A DNA stretch of 64,000 nt from Longimicrobiales bacterium (GTDB lineage: Bacteria; Gemmatimonadota; Gemmatimonadetes; Longimicrobiales; Gaopeijiaceae), in the NCBI GenBank assembly GCA_965202805.1, contig OZ241869.1:1248001-1312000 (forward strand). Reading direction: 5' to 3'. Made by a program: the position numbers and the translations under genes. Below the pieces are notes generated by a model that did no database searches, had not been told where the DNA came from, and saw only the letters and a list, made by a program, of their open reading frames with translations. Shown here in pieces: positions 18,262 through 28,695 of the stretch. How positions within the stretch are numbered: the stretch's first letter is position 1; the number at the start of each line of letters is the position of its first letter.

Positions 18262-21119
18262 GAGTTGCCGCCGGCTCTCTTGCCGACGCCCGCGACCCTC
18301 TTCCTCTCTTCCTCCAGCTGTTCAAGCGTCACGCCGTGCGTGATCCACGACGGAGCCGGATCGCCCTTCAGGTAGTGGCCGAACCACTCCAGGATGCGGC
18401 GGTGATAGTCCTTCTGGTTGGCTTCCTCGCGCAGTCCGTGATCCTCGCCCTCGTAGACCAGCAGCACCATCTGTTTCCCGGCGCGGCGCGCGAAGTTGTA
18501 GAACTCGGTGCCCTGGTCCCAGTCGACCACCCCGTCGTCGTCGCCGAAGGCCATGAGCAGCGGCGTCTCCAGATTGTGGACCTCGTGGATGGGCGAGTTG
18601 CGCCGGTGGGCCTCGGGATCCTCCCAGAAGGGAACCTCCATGCGCGCCTGGCCGGTCTCCCAGTGGTCGACCTCCGGGATCCCCGGGTTCCAGTGGATGG
18701 CGCCCATGAAGCTCACGAAATCGGTGAGCGGCGCACCGGCCACCGAGGCGGCGAAGATGTCGGTCCGAGTGGGCAGGAAGGTCGCCTGATAGCCGCCCCA
18801 GGAGTGCCCGATGAGCCCGACCGCGTCCGGATCGGCCACCCCCATGTCGACCACCCTGGCCACGGCCGCCCGCACCGACTCCAGCGCGCTGACGCCCGGG
18901 TCGCGCGCCCGGTAGACGATGTCCGGGAGGAGCACCGCGTAGCCGTGCTGGGTCCACGCCGTGAAGTTGTAGTAGTCCCGCTCGCTGGGCGGGCTGAAAC
19001 GGTGCATCCCGGGCGAGAGCATCTCGTAGGTGTAGACGATGGTCGGCACCGCCTGCCCGGGCTCGTAGCCCGCCGGATGGAGCAGCACCGCCTGCAGATC
19101 CCGCCCGCCCTCGCTCGTGAAGTCCACCAGTTCGGCCCGGCCCCACGCCACCTCCGCGATGAACGGGTTGATGTCGGTGACCCGGACCGCGTCGGCCAGG
19201 CCGGGACCTCCGACGAAGTAGTCGGGCGGGTCGTCGAAGGCCTGGGCGCGGTAGAGGAGGACGTCGGCGCTGTCCGCCCGCGCGAGGCCATCCACCAGGC
19301 GGTCCTCGAACACCAGCGTCTCCGGCGGCCCGGCCCGGCCTGACGCGAGGCGCGCGTAGCCCCGCTGCTCGGTCTTCTCGTCGTAGAGGGTCAGGTAGAG
19401 CGGGGCTCCGGGATCGATGCCGGGAGTGTCGTCGTCGGGCAGACGGGCGACCCGGTGCGTGACCCCGGTCTCGGCACCGCCGGTGAGCCGCGTCGCGCCG
19501 CTCCCGTCCAGCGCCACCCGCCAGATGTCGTGCTCGTCGTACAACAGCACGCCGGCGTCATCCTCCAGCCATCCCCCGGGCCCGAAGCCGAAGGGCGGGA
19601 TGACATCGGTGGGGACGTCGTATTCCGTGTTGGCGAAGGAGGTCGGCAGGCTCGAGGTCAGGTCGCGCCGCTCCCCGGTGGCCACCTCGAGGCTCCAGTA
19701 GTTGGCGCCGTCGTACCAGACCAGCCAGCCGCCGCCCGAACTCGGCCACTCGTAGCGGACCCGGGTGAGGAGTCGGCGCCGTTCCCCGCTCCCGACCTCG
19801 ATGGACCAGACATCGTGATACGGACGGCCGAACATCGCCCCGAAGGGATAGGGCCCGGAGATGTCTTCGAGGGCGAACTCCCAGCCCTGAAGCAGCGTCG
19901 CGTCCGCCATCAGGTCGGAGCCGACGGTTACGACCCGGTGCTCGTCAAGATGCCAGACCGCCGGCAGAGTGCGGGTCGCGTCCCGGGCCTCCGCCGCCCG
20001 CTGCTGCGGGAAGATGCGGACGTCCCGGCTGTGCCAGATCTGGAGTCCGGGAAGGTCGGGTTCCTCCTCGGGAGGGTCCGCAGGCCGTGGTTCCCCGGCG
20101 CCTGCCTCGCCGCCTTCCCCACTACCGGAGTCATCCGCGGCATCTTCCTCGCCGGGTCGGAGCCCGATGGAGATCATGGCCCCGTCGTCGGACCACCGCG
20201 GTGCCCGGTTCACGATCTCCAGCGTGTCGGCGATGCCGGTCACACGCTCGTCCAGGACGACCATCTCCAGCCCCCGGTCGAGGCCCCGCCACGCCAGTAC
20301 GTCGTAGGAGGAACCGTCGGCCGAGGCATCCTCCCGCGAGCGCAAGGCCGCCAGGTCGGTGGAGTTCGCCCGCCACCCCAGCCCCCGGTAGCGGGCGCCC
20401 GACGCGTCCGCCGACCGCAAAGTGCCCGAGCCGGCATCGTAGACCTGCACGCCGTTGCCCAGGTCGGTCCCGGTCGCGATCACCATCGCAAGCAGCGACC
20501 CCGGGGAACTCCACTCCATCTCGGCGACGTTGCCGAAGCTGGCCTCCGATCCCGTGGCCAGCGTCACGATCCGCAGGTCGGCACCCTTTCCCTCCGGGTC
20601 GTCGGGCGCATCTCCGCGCAGCGCGAGAAACCGTCCCGACGAATCGAAGCTCCGCCCCGAGACCGCATCGAACTCGCGCATCTCCCCGGTGGCCAGGTCC
20701 AGCAGCGCCGTCCCCTCCCGGAGTGTCTCGCCCTCCTCCTCGAGTCGTTCCCTCTCCTCCGGCGAGAGCCCCACGGTCCACGTCAGCCAGCGCCCGTCGG
20801 GGGAAAAAACCGGGGATCCGCCCCACGGGAAGACGCGCGTCGAGTCCTCGCCCATCCGCCGCACCCGCAGCTCCGCAGTCTCGTCGACGCGGCTTACCTC
20901 GTACGCGATCCAGTCTCCATGCGGCGAAAGCACCGCCGGCCCAAGGCTCTCCCAGCGTCCGTAGTCCTCGGGCGCGACGCGGGGAAGGTCCTGGGCGGAG
21001 AGCGGAAGCGCAACGGCGAGCAACCCCGCGGCCAGTCGGCCCATGGCGGAGCGAAGGCCGCGAGGCGAAAACGTTGGGCCGAGGATGGACACCGGGGAGA
21101 AGGCTGCGGATGAACTCAC
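18258..21119 (-). CDS. S9 prolyl oligopeptidase-family serine peptidase, secreted
   Basis: Beta-propeller repeats (LSPHGDWIAY, FSPDGRWL), GHSWGG nucleophile, DDGVVD, EDHG; AAGGAG RBS 6 nt before GTG 21119. Confidence 0.9.
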   Translation of the reverse strand: MSSSAAFSPVSILGPTFSPRGLRSAMGRLAAGLLAVALPLSAQDLPRVAPEDYGRWESLGPAVLSPHGDWIAYEVSRVDETAELRVRRMGEDSTRVFPWGGSPVFSPDGRWLTWTVGLSPEERERLEEEGETLREGTALLDLATGEMREFDAVSGRSFDSSGRFLALRGDAPDDPEGKGADLRIVTLATGSEASFGNVAEMEWSSPGSLLAMVIATGTDLGNGVQVYDAGSGTLRSADASGARYRGLGWRANSTDLAALRSREDASADGSSYDVLAWRGLDRGLEMVVLDERVTGIADTLEIVNRAPRWSDDGAMISIGLRPGEEDAADDSGSGEGGEAGAGEPRPADPPEEEPDLPGLQIWHSRDVRIFPQQRAAEARDATRTLPAVWHLDEHRVVTVGSDLMADATLLQGWEFALEDISGPYPFGAMFGRPYHDVWSIEVGSGERRRLLTRVRYEWPSSGGGWLVWYDGANYWSLEVATGERRDLTSSLPTSFANTEYDVPTDVIPPFGFGPGGWLEDDAGVLLYDEHDIWRVALDGSGATRLTGGAETGVTHRVARLPDDDTPGIDPGAPLYLTLYDEKTEQRGYARLASGRAGPPETLVFEDRLVDGLARADSADVLLYRAQAFDDPPDYFVGGPGLADAVRVTDINPFIAEVAWGRAELVDFTSEGGRDLQAVLLHPAGYEPGQAVPTIVYTYEMLSPGMHRFSPPSERDYYNFTAWTQHGYAVLLPDIVYRARDPGVSALESVRAAVARVVDMGVADPDAVGLIGHSWGGYQATFLPTRTDIFAASVAGAPLTDFVSFMGAIHWNPGIPEVDHWETGQARMEVPFWEDPEAHRRNSPIHEVHNLETPLLMAFGDDDGVVDWDQGTEFYNFARRAGKQMVLLVYEGEDHGLREEANQKDYHRRILEWFGHYLKGDPAPSWITHGVTLEQLEEERKRVAGVGKRAGGNS

Positions 21120-21327
21120 GGGAATCTCCTTGATCCAGGCGATGTCGGGGCAGCAAGGCGCATCGTGTCCCGCCGGGGGGTGGCGCCGTCCCGGGCCACG
21201 GTCCGGTTGCCGCGGCGCAGCAGGGAAGATAACCACCGCGAGCACTCTTTCCTCGGGCTCGCCGGCTCCATCCGCTGGCGGTCAACCAGGCTGTGCAGGT
21301 CGGACCATCGATCAGGCGTTCCCTCCT

Positions 21328-21774
21328 TCAGCCGGTCTGCGGCAACTTCCCTGTCACCCGTCGAAGCCCCTTCCGCACGCGCTCGACCCGCCGCCGGTTC
21401 ACGCCGAAGTCGTAGAGCCCGACGCGCGAGGCCGAGCGAACGTGGACGACCCCGTCATCGGGCGAATACCGGAACTCGAGGTCGTCGCGGAACCCGAAGA
21501 TCCGCGTCCGGCAAACCGCGTGCAGGCAGGTGTCCGTGGCCGTGACGATGCGCGTGCGCGGCATGGAGCGGACGACCTTCTCCAGTAGGCGCAGCGCACT
21601 GGCCGGATCGCCCGACACGGAAAACGGCGCCACCCGGTGAATCCGCCATCCGCCGGGCCGGCTGCTTACGTAGTTGAGCAGAAGTGGATGGAACGACCGC
21701 TCCGGGGGTCCTGTTTTGGACGGCATGGCGCCTGGCTCATCCACCCACGGCTCGCGTCCGGACGGCATGTGCAT
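21328..21774 (-). CDS. DUF1499 family protein
   Basis: NYVSS, RTRIFGFRDDLEF, VHVRSASRVGLYDFGVNRRRVERVR match the family pattern. Start uncertain. Confidence 0.8.
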   Translation of the reverse strand: MHMPSGREPWVDEPGAMPSKTGPPERSFHPLLLNYVSSRPGGWRIHRVAPFSVSGDPASALRLLEKVVRSMPRTRIVTATDTCLHAVCRTRIFGFRDDLEFRYSPDDGVVHVRSASRVGLYDFGVNRRRVERVRKGLRRVTGKLPQTG

Positions 21775-21776
21775 CC

Positions 21777-22994
21777 TCAGAGCACCGGGCCGGCTGGTTG
21801 CTCCGTCCAGGAATCCTCCAACATCGGCACCACCTCCGCCAGCCCCGCCACCGCCTCATCCAACTGGGTGTCGGTGACGTAGGGTGCAGGGCCCAACCGC
21901 AGGGTGCTGCCCCGGAAGTCCACGTGGACACCGCGTGCCCGCAGCTGGCGGCAGATCTCCGCCGCAAGCGGCGACTCCAGGGCCAGGAAGCCGCCACGAC
22001 GCGACAACGGCACGGTCCGGTCGCGCGCCAGGACTGCGGGATCCAGGTCCAGCGCGTCGATCCCCGACGCCAGCCGTCGAATCCGGCGCAGACCCATCTC
22101 CCGCAACCGGCCGACTCCCAGTCCCTGCTCGCGGAAGAACGCGAACACCGCCGCGGCGCGGTAGTGGCTGACCGGATCGTAGGTCGCCCCGGCAAAACGA
22201 AGGTGTCCCTCGGCGTACGCGACGCCGTCGCCCGGCGCATGGGCACGGGCCGCGAACTCGGTGAACCACCCGGTCAGAACGGGCCGCAGCCGGCAGTCCC
22301 GGGGGAAGCGCAGGAAGCAGTTCCCTTCCCCCAGCTGGCAGTACTTGTACCCGCCTCCCACCACGAACGCGTTCTCGAGCCCCATCTTCACCACCGAGAA
22401 CGGGACCGCGTTGAGCGCGTGGTAGGCGTCCACGAGCAACTCCGCACCCACCCGCCCGCAGGTCTCCGCCAGCTCGCGCAGTCCATCCACAATGCGGGCA
22501 TCCCGATAAAGCACGGATGACACCAGCACCGCCGCCGCTCGATCGTCCACTGCCCGTGCGAGCCCCTCGGCCAGGGGCACCTCCCCGCGCGCCGGCACCC
22601 TGACGATCTCGAGCCCCTCGCACTCGAGCCGGTCGAGCTGTCGCCGGATGGTATGGAATTCACCGTCCGTGGTGACCAGACGGGGCCGGTCGCGCAACGG
22701 GAGCGCCGACAGGAAGCGGGTCACCAGCTCGTGGGTGTTGTGGCCGAGCGCGATGTGCCCGTCGGGGTCGTCCAGCAGTTGCCGGTAGCCCGCGCGCACC
22801 TTGTCGGCCATCCCGAACGCCCGCTCCCATTTGTCGTCCACATGCTCGGCGGCGTCGAGCCAGGCCTGTTGTTGAGCCTCGAAGGCGACATCCGGCCAGG
22901 CCTGGTGCGAATGCCCGGTCAGCAGCACGCGATCCGCCACGCGAAAGCGCGAGTAGTGGCTTGCCAGAGTGACGGATCCGCGCTGATTGCTCAA
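21777..22994 (-). CDS. kynU: Kynureninase-like class V PLP-dependent enzyme
   Basis: LLTGHSHQAWPD, LLVDAYH, PLP lysine in GGGYKYCQLGEG, GWF, RFAGATYDP, VDFRG..LRLGPAPY. Start uncertain (TTG 22994 or 23051). Confidence 0.7.
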   Translation of the reverse strand: MSNQRGSVTLASHYSRFRVADRVLLTGHSHQAWPDVAFEAQQQAWLDAAEHVDDKWERAFGMADKVRAGYRQLLDDPDGHIALGHNTHELVTRFLSALPLRDRPRLVTTDGEFHTIRRQLDRLECEGLEIVRVPARGEVPLAEGLARAVDDRAAAVLVSSVLYRDARIVDGLRELAETCGRVGAELLVDAYHALNAVPFSVVKMGLENAFVVGGGYKYCQLGEGNCFLRFPRDCRLRPVLTGWFTEFAARAHAPGDGVAYAEGHLRFAGATYDPVSHYRAAAVFAFFREQGLGVGRLREMGLRRIRRLASGIDALDLDPAVLARDRTVPLSRRGGFLALESPLAAEICRQLRARGVHVDFRGSTLRLGPAPYVTDTQLDEAVAGLAEVVPMLEDSWTEQPAGPVL

Positions 22995-23259
22995 GATGAC
23001 ACCCTGGCAGCGGTTTCGATCGCGGCGTGCCGTCGAGGAGTTCGCAGCCACCCGTGCCTTCGAGGCTCCGCCGTCAGATGCGGCGCTCGCGTCGGGAATC
23101 GCACGTCGCCGCTCGCCAACAACATACTGAACGTCAGGCTGAATTCATTCGTCACACTGGACCGAAGACAGGCGATGGTGGCTGCAGGGCTGGGTTTCCG
23201 AGGCTGCGCGGTGTAGGCTGACTGCAACCCAGTACGCCCGCACCCCGGGAGGAAACGAG

Positions 23260-25926
23260 ATGGTTTCGCGTGTTCATCCATGCAGGACGTTCCTCTACGC
23301 CGCCATGCTCCTCCCGGCAACGTTGATTCCGGTCGGCACCGCGCACGCGCAGCTCCCGTCGCCGCCGGAGTTGGCGACGCTCTCCGTACCCCGCTTCGAC
23401 ATCGCCACCTCCCCCATCGAACTCACCGGCCCGGTGCGGCCCGGCGAATACCTCGGCGTGGTCGGCCCGCGCGCCGCATGGCTGGGGCTCGAGACCGGTG
23501 AAGCCGAGCTGTGGGTCCATCCGCTGAAGGTCGGCAACGGCTTCCGCCTGAGCTTCTCTGCCTCCGGCAACGCCGCGCCGGTTCCGGGGAGCGAAGTGGC
23601 GCGTACGGTTCGGGTGCGGCCCGAACTCACCACCATCACCTACAGCCACGCGGCCTTCCAGGTGCGCCAGCACATCCTCGCGCCCGCTGACACGGCCACT
23701 TCCGGCCTGCTCGTGCTGCTGCAGGTCGACGCTCCCCAACCCCTCGAGATCATCGCCGAATTCGAGCCCGTGCTGAACTACATGTGGCCGGGCTCGCTGG
23801 GCGGACAGTACGCGTACTGGGATGCGGAGCGCCGGCTTTTCGTTCTCTCGGAGAGCCTGCAGACCCGCAACGCGGTCGTGGGCTCGCCCTGGGCCACGAA
23901 CTCGGTCGAGCACCCCGCGCACCAGTTGGGCGAGGCCCCGCGCACGATGGTGATCCCCGTAGACCCGGAGCGGGCGAGGCGCGAGTTCATTCCGATCGCG
24001 ATCGCGGCCGGCACCGGTCTCCGTGAAACCGTCTTCGAGAGCTACCGGGGACTGGTCGCGAACGCCGAGGCGCTCTACTACGACAAGCGGTTGTGGGCCA
24101 GTCGGGCCCTCGAGTCCACCGTCTCCATCGAGACCCCCGATCCCGAGCTGGATCTCGCGCTCGAGTGGGCGAAGATCAACCTGGAGGAACAGCGGGTGTG
24201 CAACCCGGATCTGGGGTGCGGCTTCGTCGCCGGGTGGGGGTTGTCGCGCAACGGCACCCGCCCCGGGTTCGGCTGGTTCTTCGGCGGCGATGCGGCCATC
24301 AACACGTTCGCCATGGACGCGCTGGGCCAATGGGACCTGGTGGCCGAGGAGCTGGCGTTTCTCGCCCGCTACCAGCGCGCCGACGGCAAGATCACCCACG
24401 AAATCTCGCAGGCCGCGGCGCACGTCGACTGGTTCGGCGAATACCCTTACGCGTACTACCACGCGGACACCACGCCGTACTGGATGCTCGCGCTCTACGA
24501 GTACTGGCGGGCCAGCGGCGACGACGAGCTGGTGCGCGAGCTGTGGCCGGCCTACCGGCGTGCGTGGGCGTGGTGCCTCAGCGCCGAGACCGACGGCGAC
24601 GGCATCATCGAGAACACGGTGGGCGGTCTCGGCGCGGTCGAGGTGGGGGGGCTGGGGGAAGCGATCCATCAGGATGTCTACCTGGCCGCGGTGTGGGTGG
24701 CTGCGCTCGATGGGGCGCGCGTGCTGGCTCGGCACATGGGCGACGACGAGATCGAGGAGGACGCGGGGCTCCTCGGGATCAGCGCGCGGTCAACGATGAA
24801 CAGCGGATACTGGCGCGAAGCCGAGGGACATCACGCCTTCGGCATCCTTCGCGGAGGCGGCACAAACGACAACCTCACGGTGTGGCCCGCCACCGCGGCG
24901 GCCTTCGGACTGCTCAACGACCGCGAGGCTCGCTCGACACTTGCCCGTATCGCCGGCGACCGCGTCTCGTCCGACTGGGGCGCGCACATGCTCTCGACCG
25001 AGAGTGACCTCTATGACCCGCTCCAGTACAACATGGGCACGGTGTGGCCCTTCGTGACCGGGTTCGCGGCGTGGGCGCAGTACCGCCACCGCCGTCCATG
25101 GGCGGGCTTCCATCTCATCGACGCCGTCAAGCAGATGACATTCGACTGGAGCCTGGGCCGGCACCCGGAGCTGCTATCGGGGAGCTTCTATCAGCCCCTC
25201 GACCAGACCGTGCCGCACCAGTTCTTCGCGACCTCGATGCTCGTGACGCCGCTGCTCAGGGGCGTCGTCGGCTGGCGGCCGGACGCGCCCCTTGGACGGG
25301 CCCGGCTTGCCCCGCAGCTGCCGCCCGACTGGCCGGAGGCGACGGTGCGCGGCCTGCGCGCCGGCAACACGACGCTGGATGTGGAGATTCACCAGGACTG
25401 GACGTCCGCCGGGGGCCGGCAGCGAGCGATCATCCGCTGGCAAGGTCCCCGGCTGGATCTCGACTTCGTTCCGGATGTGCCCGCGGGAGCGCGGAATCGG
25501 TCCGTCACCGTGGACGGCGTCCCCACGTCGTCCACAGCAGCCGTCCGGGTCGAGGTGGGTCGCGACGCACCCGTACCGGAGGGTCCCGAATCCGAAGGCG
25601 TGGACCAGGACGACGTCACCGAGATCGAGGTACGATGGGAGGGCGGACTGGCGGTGGCCCCGCCCCGCATCGACCTGGTGCCGGGTCAGCGCAGCACGGG
25701 CCTCCGGATCATCGACCTGGTGGCCGACGGGGATGGTTGGCTGCTGACCCTCGAGGGCACACGGGGACGCGACTACGATGTTGAACTCTTCGGCACGCCG
25801 ATCGACGCTGCTCCGACCGACGCCGCCGCGAGCGCATCCGGCCGAACGGAGGGTACGATCCGCGTGAGCTTCGCCGGCGAGGGGAGCCGCGCGACGACGG
25901 TTGTGAGGCTCAACCCCGGGGCATGA
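23260..25926 (+). CDS. Secreted six-hairpin glycosidase (amylo-alpha-1,6-glucosidase/glycogen-debranching-like)
   Basis: GGAGG RBS; signal peptide ending AHA-Q; PGFGWFFGGD, YQRADGKITHE, YYHADTTPYW, ETDGDGIIEN, YDPLQYNMGTVWP, PELLSG. Confidence 0.75.
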   Translation: MVSRVHPCRTFLYAAMLLPATLIPVGTAHAQLPSPPELATLSVPRFDIATSPIELTGPVRPGEYLGVVGPRAAWLGLETGEAELWVHPLKVGNGFRLSFSASGNAAPVPGSEVARTVRVRPELTTITYSHAAFQVRQHILAPADTATSGLLVLLQVDAPQPLEIIAEFEPVLNYMWPGSLGGQYAYWDAERRLFVLSESLQTRNAVVGSPWATNSVEHPAHQLGEAPRTMVIPVDPERARREFIPIAIAAGTGLRETVFESYRGLVANAEALYYDKRLWASRALESTVSIETPDPELDLALEWAKINLEEQRVCNPDLGCGFVAGWGLSRNGTRPGFGWFFGGDAAINTFAMDALGQWDLVAEELAFLARYQRADGKITHEISQAAAHVDWFGEYPYAYYHADTTPYWMLALYEYWRASGDDELVRELWPAYRRAWAWCLSAETDGDGIIENTVGGLGAVEVGGLGEAIHQDVYLAAVWVAALDGARVLARHMGDDEIEEDAGLLGISARSTMNSGYWREAEGHHAFGILRGGGTNDNLTVWPATAAAFGLLNDREARSTLARIAGDRVSSDWGAHMLSTESDLYDPLQYNMGTVWPFVTGFAAWAQYRHRRPWAGFHLIDAVKQMTFDWSLGRHPELLSGSFYQPLDQTVPHQFFATSMLVTPLLRGVVGWRPDAPLGRARLAPQLPPDWPEATVRGLRAGNTTLDVEIHQDWTSAGGRQRAIIRWQGPRLDLDFVPDVPAGARNRSVTVDGVPTSSTAAVRVEVGRDAPVPEGPESEGVDQDDVTEIEVRWEGGLAVAPPRIDLVPGQRSTGLRIIDLVADGDGWLLTLEGTRGRDYDVELFGTPIDAAPTDAAASASGRTEGTIRVSFAGEGSRATTVVRLNPGA

Positions 25927-25962
25927 GCGGTCGCTGACCCCGTTGCCCGGGCACTCTGCCGC

Positions 25963-26100
25963 TCACAGATCCGTGACCAGGCGGAGACCCGCCTCAATTC
26001 GGCTCATGAGCACTGCCGGAATCTGTCCGGAGCACTCGGCAGGATGGTCCTCATCCACGGTCACGAGCTGGGTCACGTTGGCGACGGAGTCCCTCGGCAA
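25963..26100 (-). pseudogene. C-terminal remnant of a MazF/PemK toxin
   Basis: Not in the ORF track. LPRDSVANVTQLVTVDEDHPAECSGQIPAVLMSRIEAGLRLVTDL* resembles the PemK C-terminus; an in-frame TGA lies immediately upstream, and no N-terminal half or antitoxin is present. Confidence 0.75.
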
Positions 26101-26247
26101 TCATCGTCCGGAGCCTGCTTCGGTTGACCGTGGCATAACCGCAACCCGTGCGGTGAAGCCTGGCGCAACGTATTAGTTATTGGCTAGGGGGCGGTGTGTG
26201 GCTGCGGACACGGAGCAGACCTCTCCCGACCGTCTCGAGGACAGCGT

Positions 26248-28695
26248 ATGAAGCGACTTTCCCAGGGCTCGGTTCTCCTCGCAACGTGGTCCCTGGCCAG
26301 CCTTGGACTGATCCTGGGCGCCGGCAGACCCGATGTCGTCCGAACCGCATCCCTCCAGAGCCTTGCAGGCTCGGAGGTCTCGTTCGCGACGGGGTCCCCG
26401 GCGGCTCCCTCCCCCGCGCTGCCGTCACCCGCGCTCACGGCCGTAGTCCGGCAATACTGCGTCGTCTGCCACAACGACGCGCTCCTCACGGGCAACCTCT
26501 CGCTGCAGCACTTCGCCGTGGAGCACGCCCCGGAGAAGCGCGAGACGTCGGAGAAGATGATCCGCAAGCTGCGCGCGGGGATGATGCCGCCGCCCGGGAT
26601 TCCGCGGCCGTCCGCCGATACCCTGCTGTCGCTGGTCGAAACGCTCGAGTCGTCCGTGGACGAGGCTGCCCGAGCGGCTCCCAATGTGGGCACGCGGCGG
26701 TTTCAGCGTCTCAGCCGGCCCGAGTACGAGCGCGTCGTCCACGAACTGCTGGGAATCGAGGTGAACGCGGACAACTGGCTCCCGGCGGACCTGCTGGTGG
26801 GGAGCTTCGACAACATGTCCGCGGCGCAGGGGCTCTCGACGACGCTGCTGGACTCCTACCTGAAGGCCGCCATCGACGTCAGCCGGCTCGCCATCGGCAA
26901 CCCGCAGGCCCTTTCCTCCACCACCAAGCACCGCAACCCCCTGGAGGTGTCGCAGCACGCCTGGGAACAGGTCGAGGGCGCGCCCTTCGGCACCAGGGGC
27001 GGAATGGTGGTGACGCACGACTTCCCCGCGGACGGCGAGTACGTCTTCCGGGTGGAGACGGAGTTCGGCAGCGGCAACCAGGTCGCCGCCGAGGACATCG
27101 ACATCTCCATCGACGGGGAACCGGTCGCGCTCCTCAGGCTCGAGTACAACGCCGTGCGCACCGTGCCCGCCATCGAAACCGAACCCATCTTCGTGCGGGC
27201 CGGACAGCGCAAGGTCTCGGCGGCATTCGTCAATGTCATCGAGGGTCCCTACGAGGACCGCTTCAGCCCCGCTGCATGGTCGGCCGCGGGCACGGCGGGG
27301 GGCAGCTACGGAGTAACCGGCCTCACGCACCTGAAGGAGCTGCTCATCACGGGGCCGACCAACGTCTCGGGGGTGGCGGAGACCGAGAGCCGGCGGCGGA
27401 TCTTCACCTGCCGTCCATCCGTGCCCGAGGAAGCCCGTGCCTGTGCCGAGTCGATACTCGCCGGGCTCGCCACGCGCGCCTACCGGCGGCCCCTGCCGGC
27501 CGCCGATGTCGCCGACCTGATGAGCTTCTACGACGCAGCCGAGGCCGAGGGAGGCTTCGAGACCGGGGTGCAGATGGGCCTGCAGGCGATCCTGGTGTCC
27601 CCGGAATTCGTCTTCCGGCTGGAGCGCGAGCCCGCCGGCACCCGGCCGGGCGAGGGCTACCCCCTGAGCGACATCGACCTCGCCACCCGCCTCTCCTTCT
27701 TCCTGTGGGCGACGGTGCCGGACGAGGAGTTGCTCCAGGTCGCGGGGAGCGGTCGGCTCTCGGATCCGGAGGTGCTGGAGGCGCAGGTCGAGCGCATGCT
27801 TCGGGACCCCCGCTCCGAGACCCTCGCCACCCGCTTCGCCCACCAGTGGCTGAGGCTGCAGGACGTGGGCAAGGTGTGGCCGGAGTCGTACCTCTACCCC
27901 GACTTCTCGCAGCAACTGGCCGATGCCATGGTGCGGGAAACCGAGCTGCTCTTCGATTACCTGGTTCGCGAGGACCGGAGCCTGCTCGAACTTCTCGATG
28001 CGGACTACACCTTCCTCAACCGGCGGCTCGCGCGGCACTACGGGATCGAAGCGGACTTCCGGGGCGACGACTTCCGCCTCGTTCGCTACCCGGACGACCG
28101 CCGCCGTGGCGTGCTCGGCCACGGGAGCGTCCTGCACCTCACCTCCATGTCGGGCCGGACCTCGCCCGTGTTGCGCGGGAAGTGGGTGATGGAGGTGCTG
28201 ATGGGAACGCCGCCACCGCCCCCGCCGCCCAACGTCCCGACGCTCGAGGGAAGTCCGGACGCCGAGGGGGACCGCATCCTGACCACGCGCGAGCGCATGG
28301 AACTGCACCGGTCCAGCCCCGTATGCAGCTCCTGCCACAATTTCATCGATCCCATCGGCCTGGCACTCGACAACTTCGACGTGACCGGCCGCTGGCGGGT
28401 GCGCGAGAACATGGCCCCGCTGGACACTCGCGGCACCTTCTACGACGGCACCGCCCTGAGCTCGCCTTCGGAGCTGGCGGCGGTGCTCCTCAAGCGTCCG
28501 ATCCCGCTCGCCCGCAATTTCACCGAGCATCTGCTTTCGTACGCAATCGGGCGGCCCGCCGACCATCTCGATCAGCCGACCATCCGCGCCATCACGCGGG
28601 CGGCGGCGGACCGAAACTACAGCATCTCGTCGATCGTGGTGGGAGTCGTCAGGAGCGCTCCCTTCCGCATGCGACAAACCCAGGAGGTTCAATGA
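26248..28695 (+). CDS. DUF1592/PSD-domain planctomycete-type c-type cytochrome protein
   Basis: Signal peptide; CxxCH twice (CVVCH, CSSCH); RKLRAGMMPP, RRFQRLSRPEY, ILVSPEFVFR, LATRLSFFLW, FAHQWL, RTSPVLRGKWV, TTRERMELHR, IDPIGLALDNFD..G.WR. Confidence 0.9.
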   Translation: MKRLSQGSVLLATWSLASLGLILGAGRPDVVRTASLQSLAGSEVSFATGSPAAPSPALPSPALTAVVRQYCVVCHNDALLTGNLSLQHFAVEHAPEKRETSEKMIRKLRAGMMPPPGIPRPSADTLLSLVETLESSVDEAARAAPNVGTRRFQRLSRPEYERVVHELLGIEVNADNWLPADLLVGSFDNMSAAQGLSTTLLDSYLKAAIDVSRLAIGNPQALSSTTKHRNPLEVSQHAWEQVEGAPFGTRGGMVVTHDFPADGEYVFRVETEFGSGNQVAAEDIDISIDGEPVALLRLEYNAVRTVPAIETEPIFVRAGQRKVSAAFVNVIEGPYEDRFSPAAWSAAGTAGGSYGVTGLTHLKELLITGPTNVSGVAETESRRRIFTCRPSVPEEARACAESILAGLATRAYRRPLPAADVADLMSFYDAAEAEGGFETGVQMGLQAILVSPEFVFRLEREPAGTRPGEGYPLSDIDLATRLSFFLWATVPDEELLQVAGSGRLSDPEVLEAQVERMLRDPRSETLATRFAHQWLRLQDVGKVWPESYLYPDFSQQLADAMVRETELLFDYLVREDRSLLELLDADYTFLNRRLARHYGIEADFRGDDFRLVRYPDDRRRGVLGHGSVLHLTSMSGRTSPVLRGKWVMEVLMGTPPPPPPPNVPTLEGSPDAEGDRILTTRERMELHRSSPVCSSCHNFIDPIGLALDNFDVTGRWRVRENMAPLDTRGTFYDGTALSSPSELAAVLLKRPIPLARNFTEHLLSYAIGRPADHLDQPTIRAITRAAADRNYSISSIVVGVVRSAPFRMRQTQEVQ

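Noticed and set aside
23052..23259. Possible ncRNA or small ORF between kynU and the glycosidase
   Set aside because: Only a short inverted repeat (CTGGGTT/AACCCAG) and no supported coding or RNA motif; probably divergent promoters.
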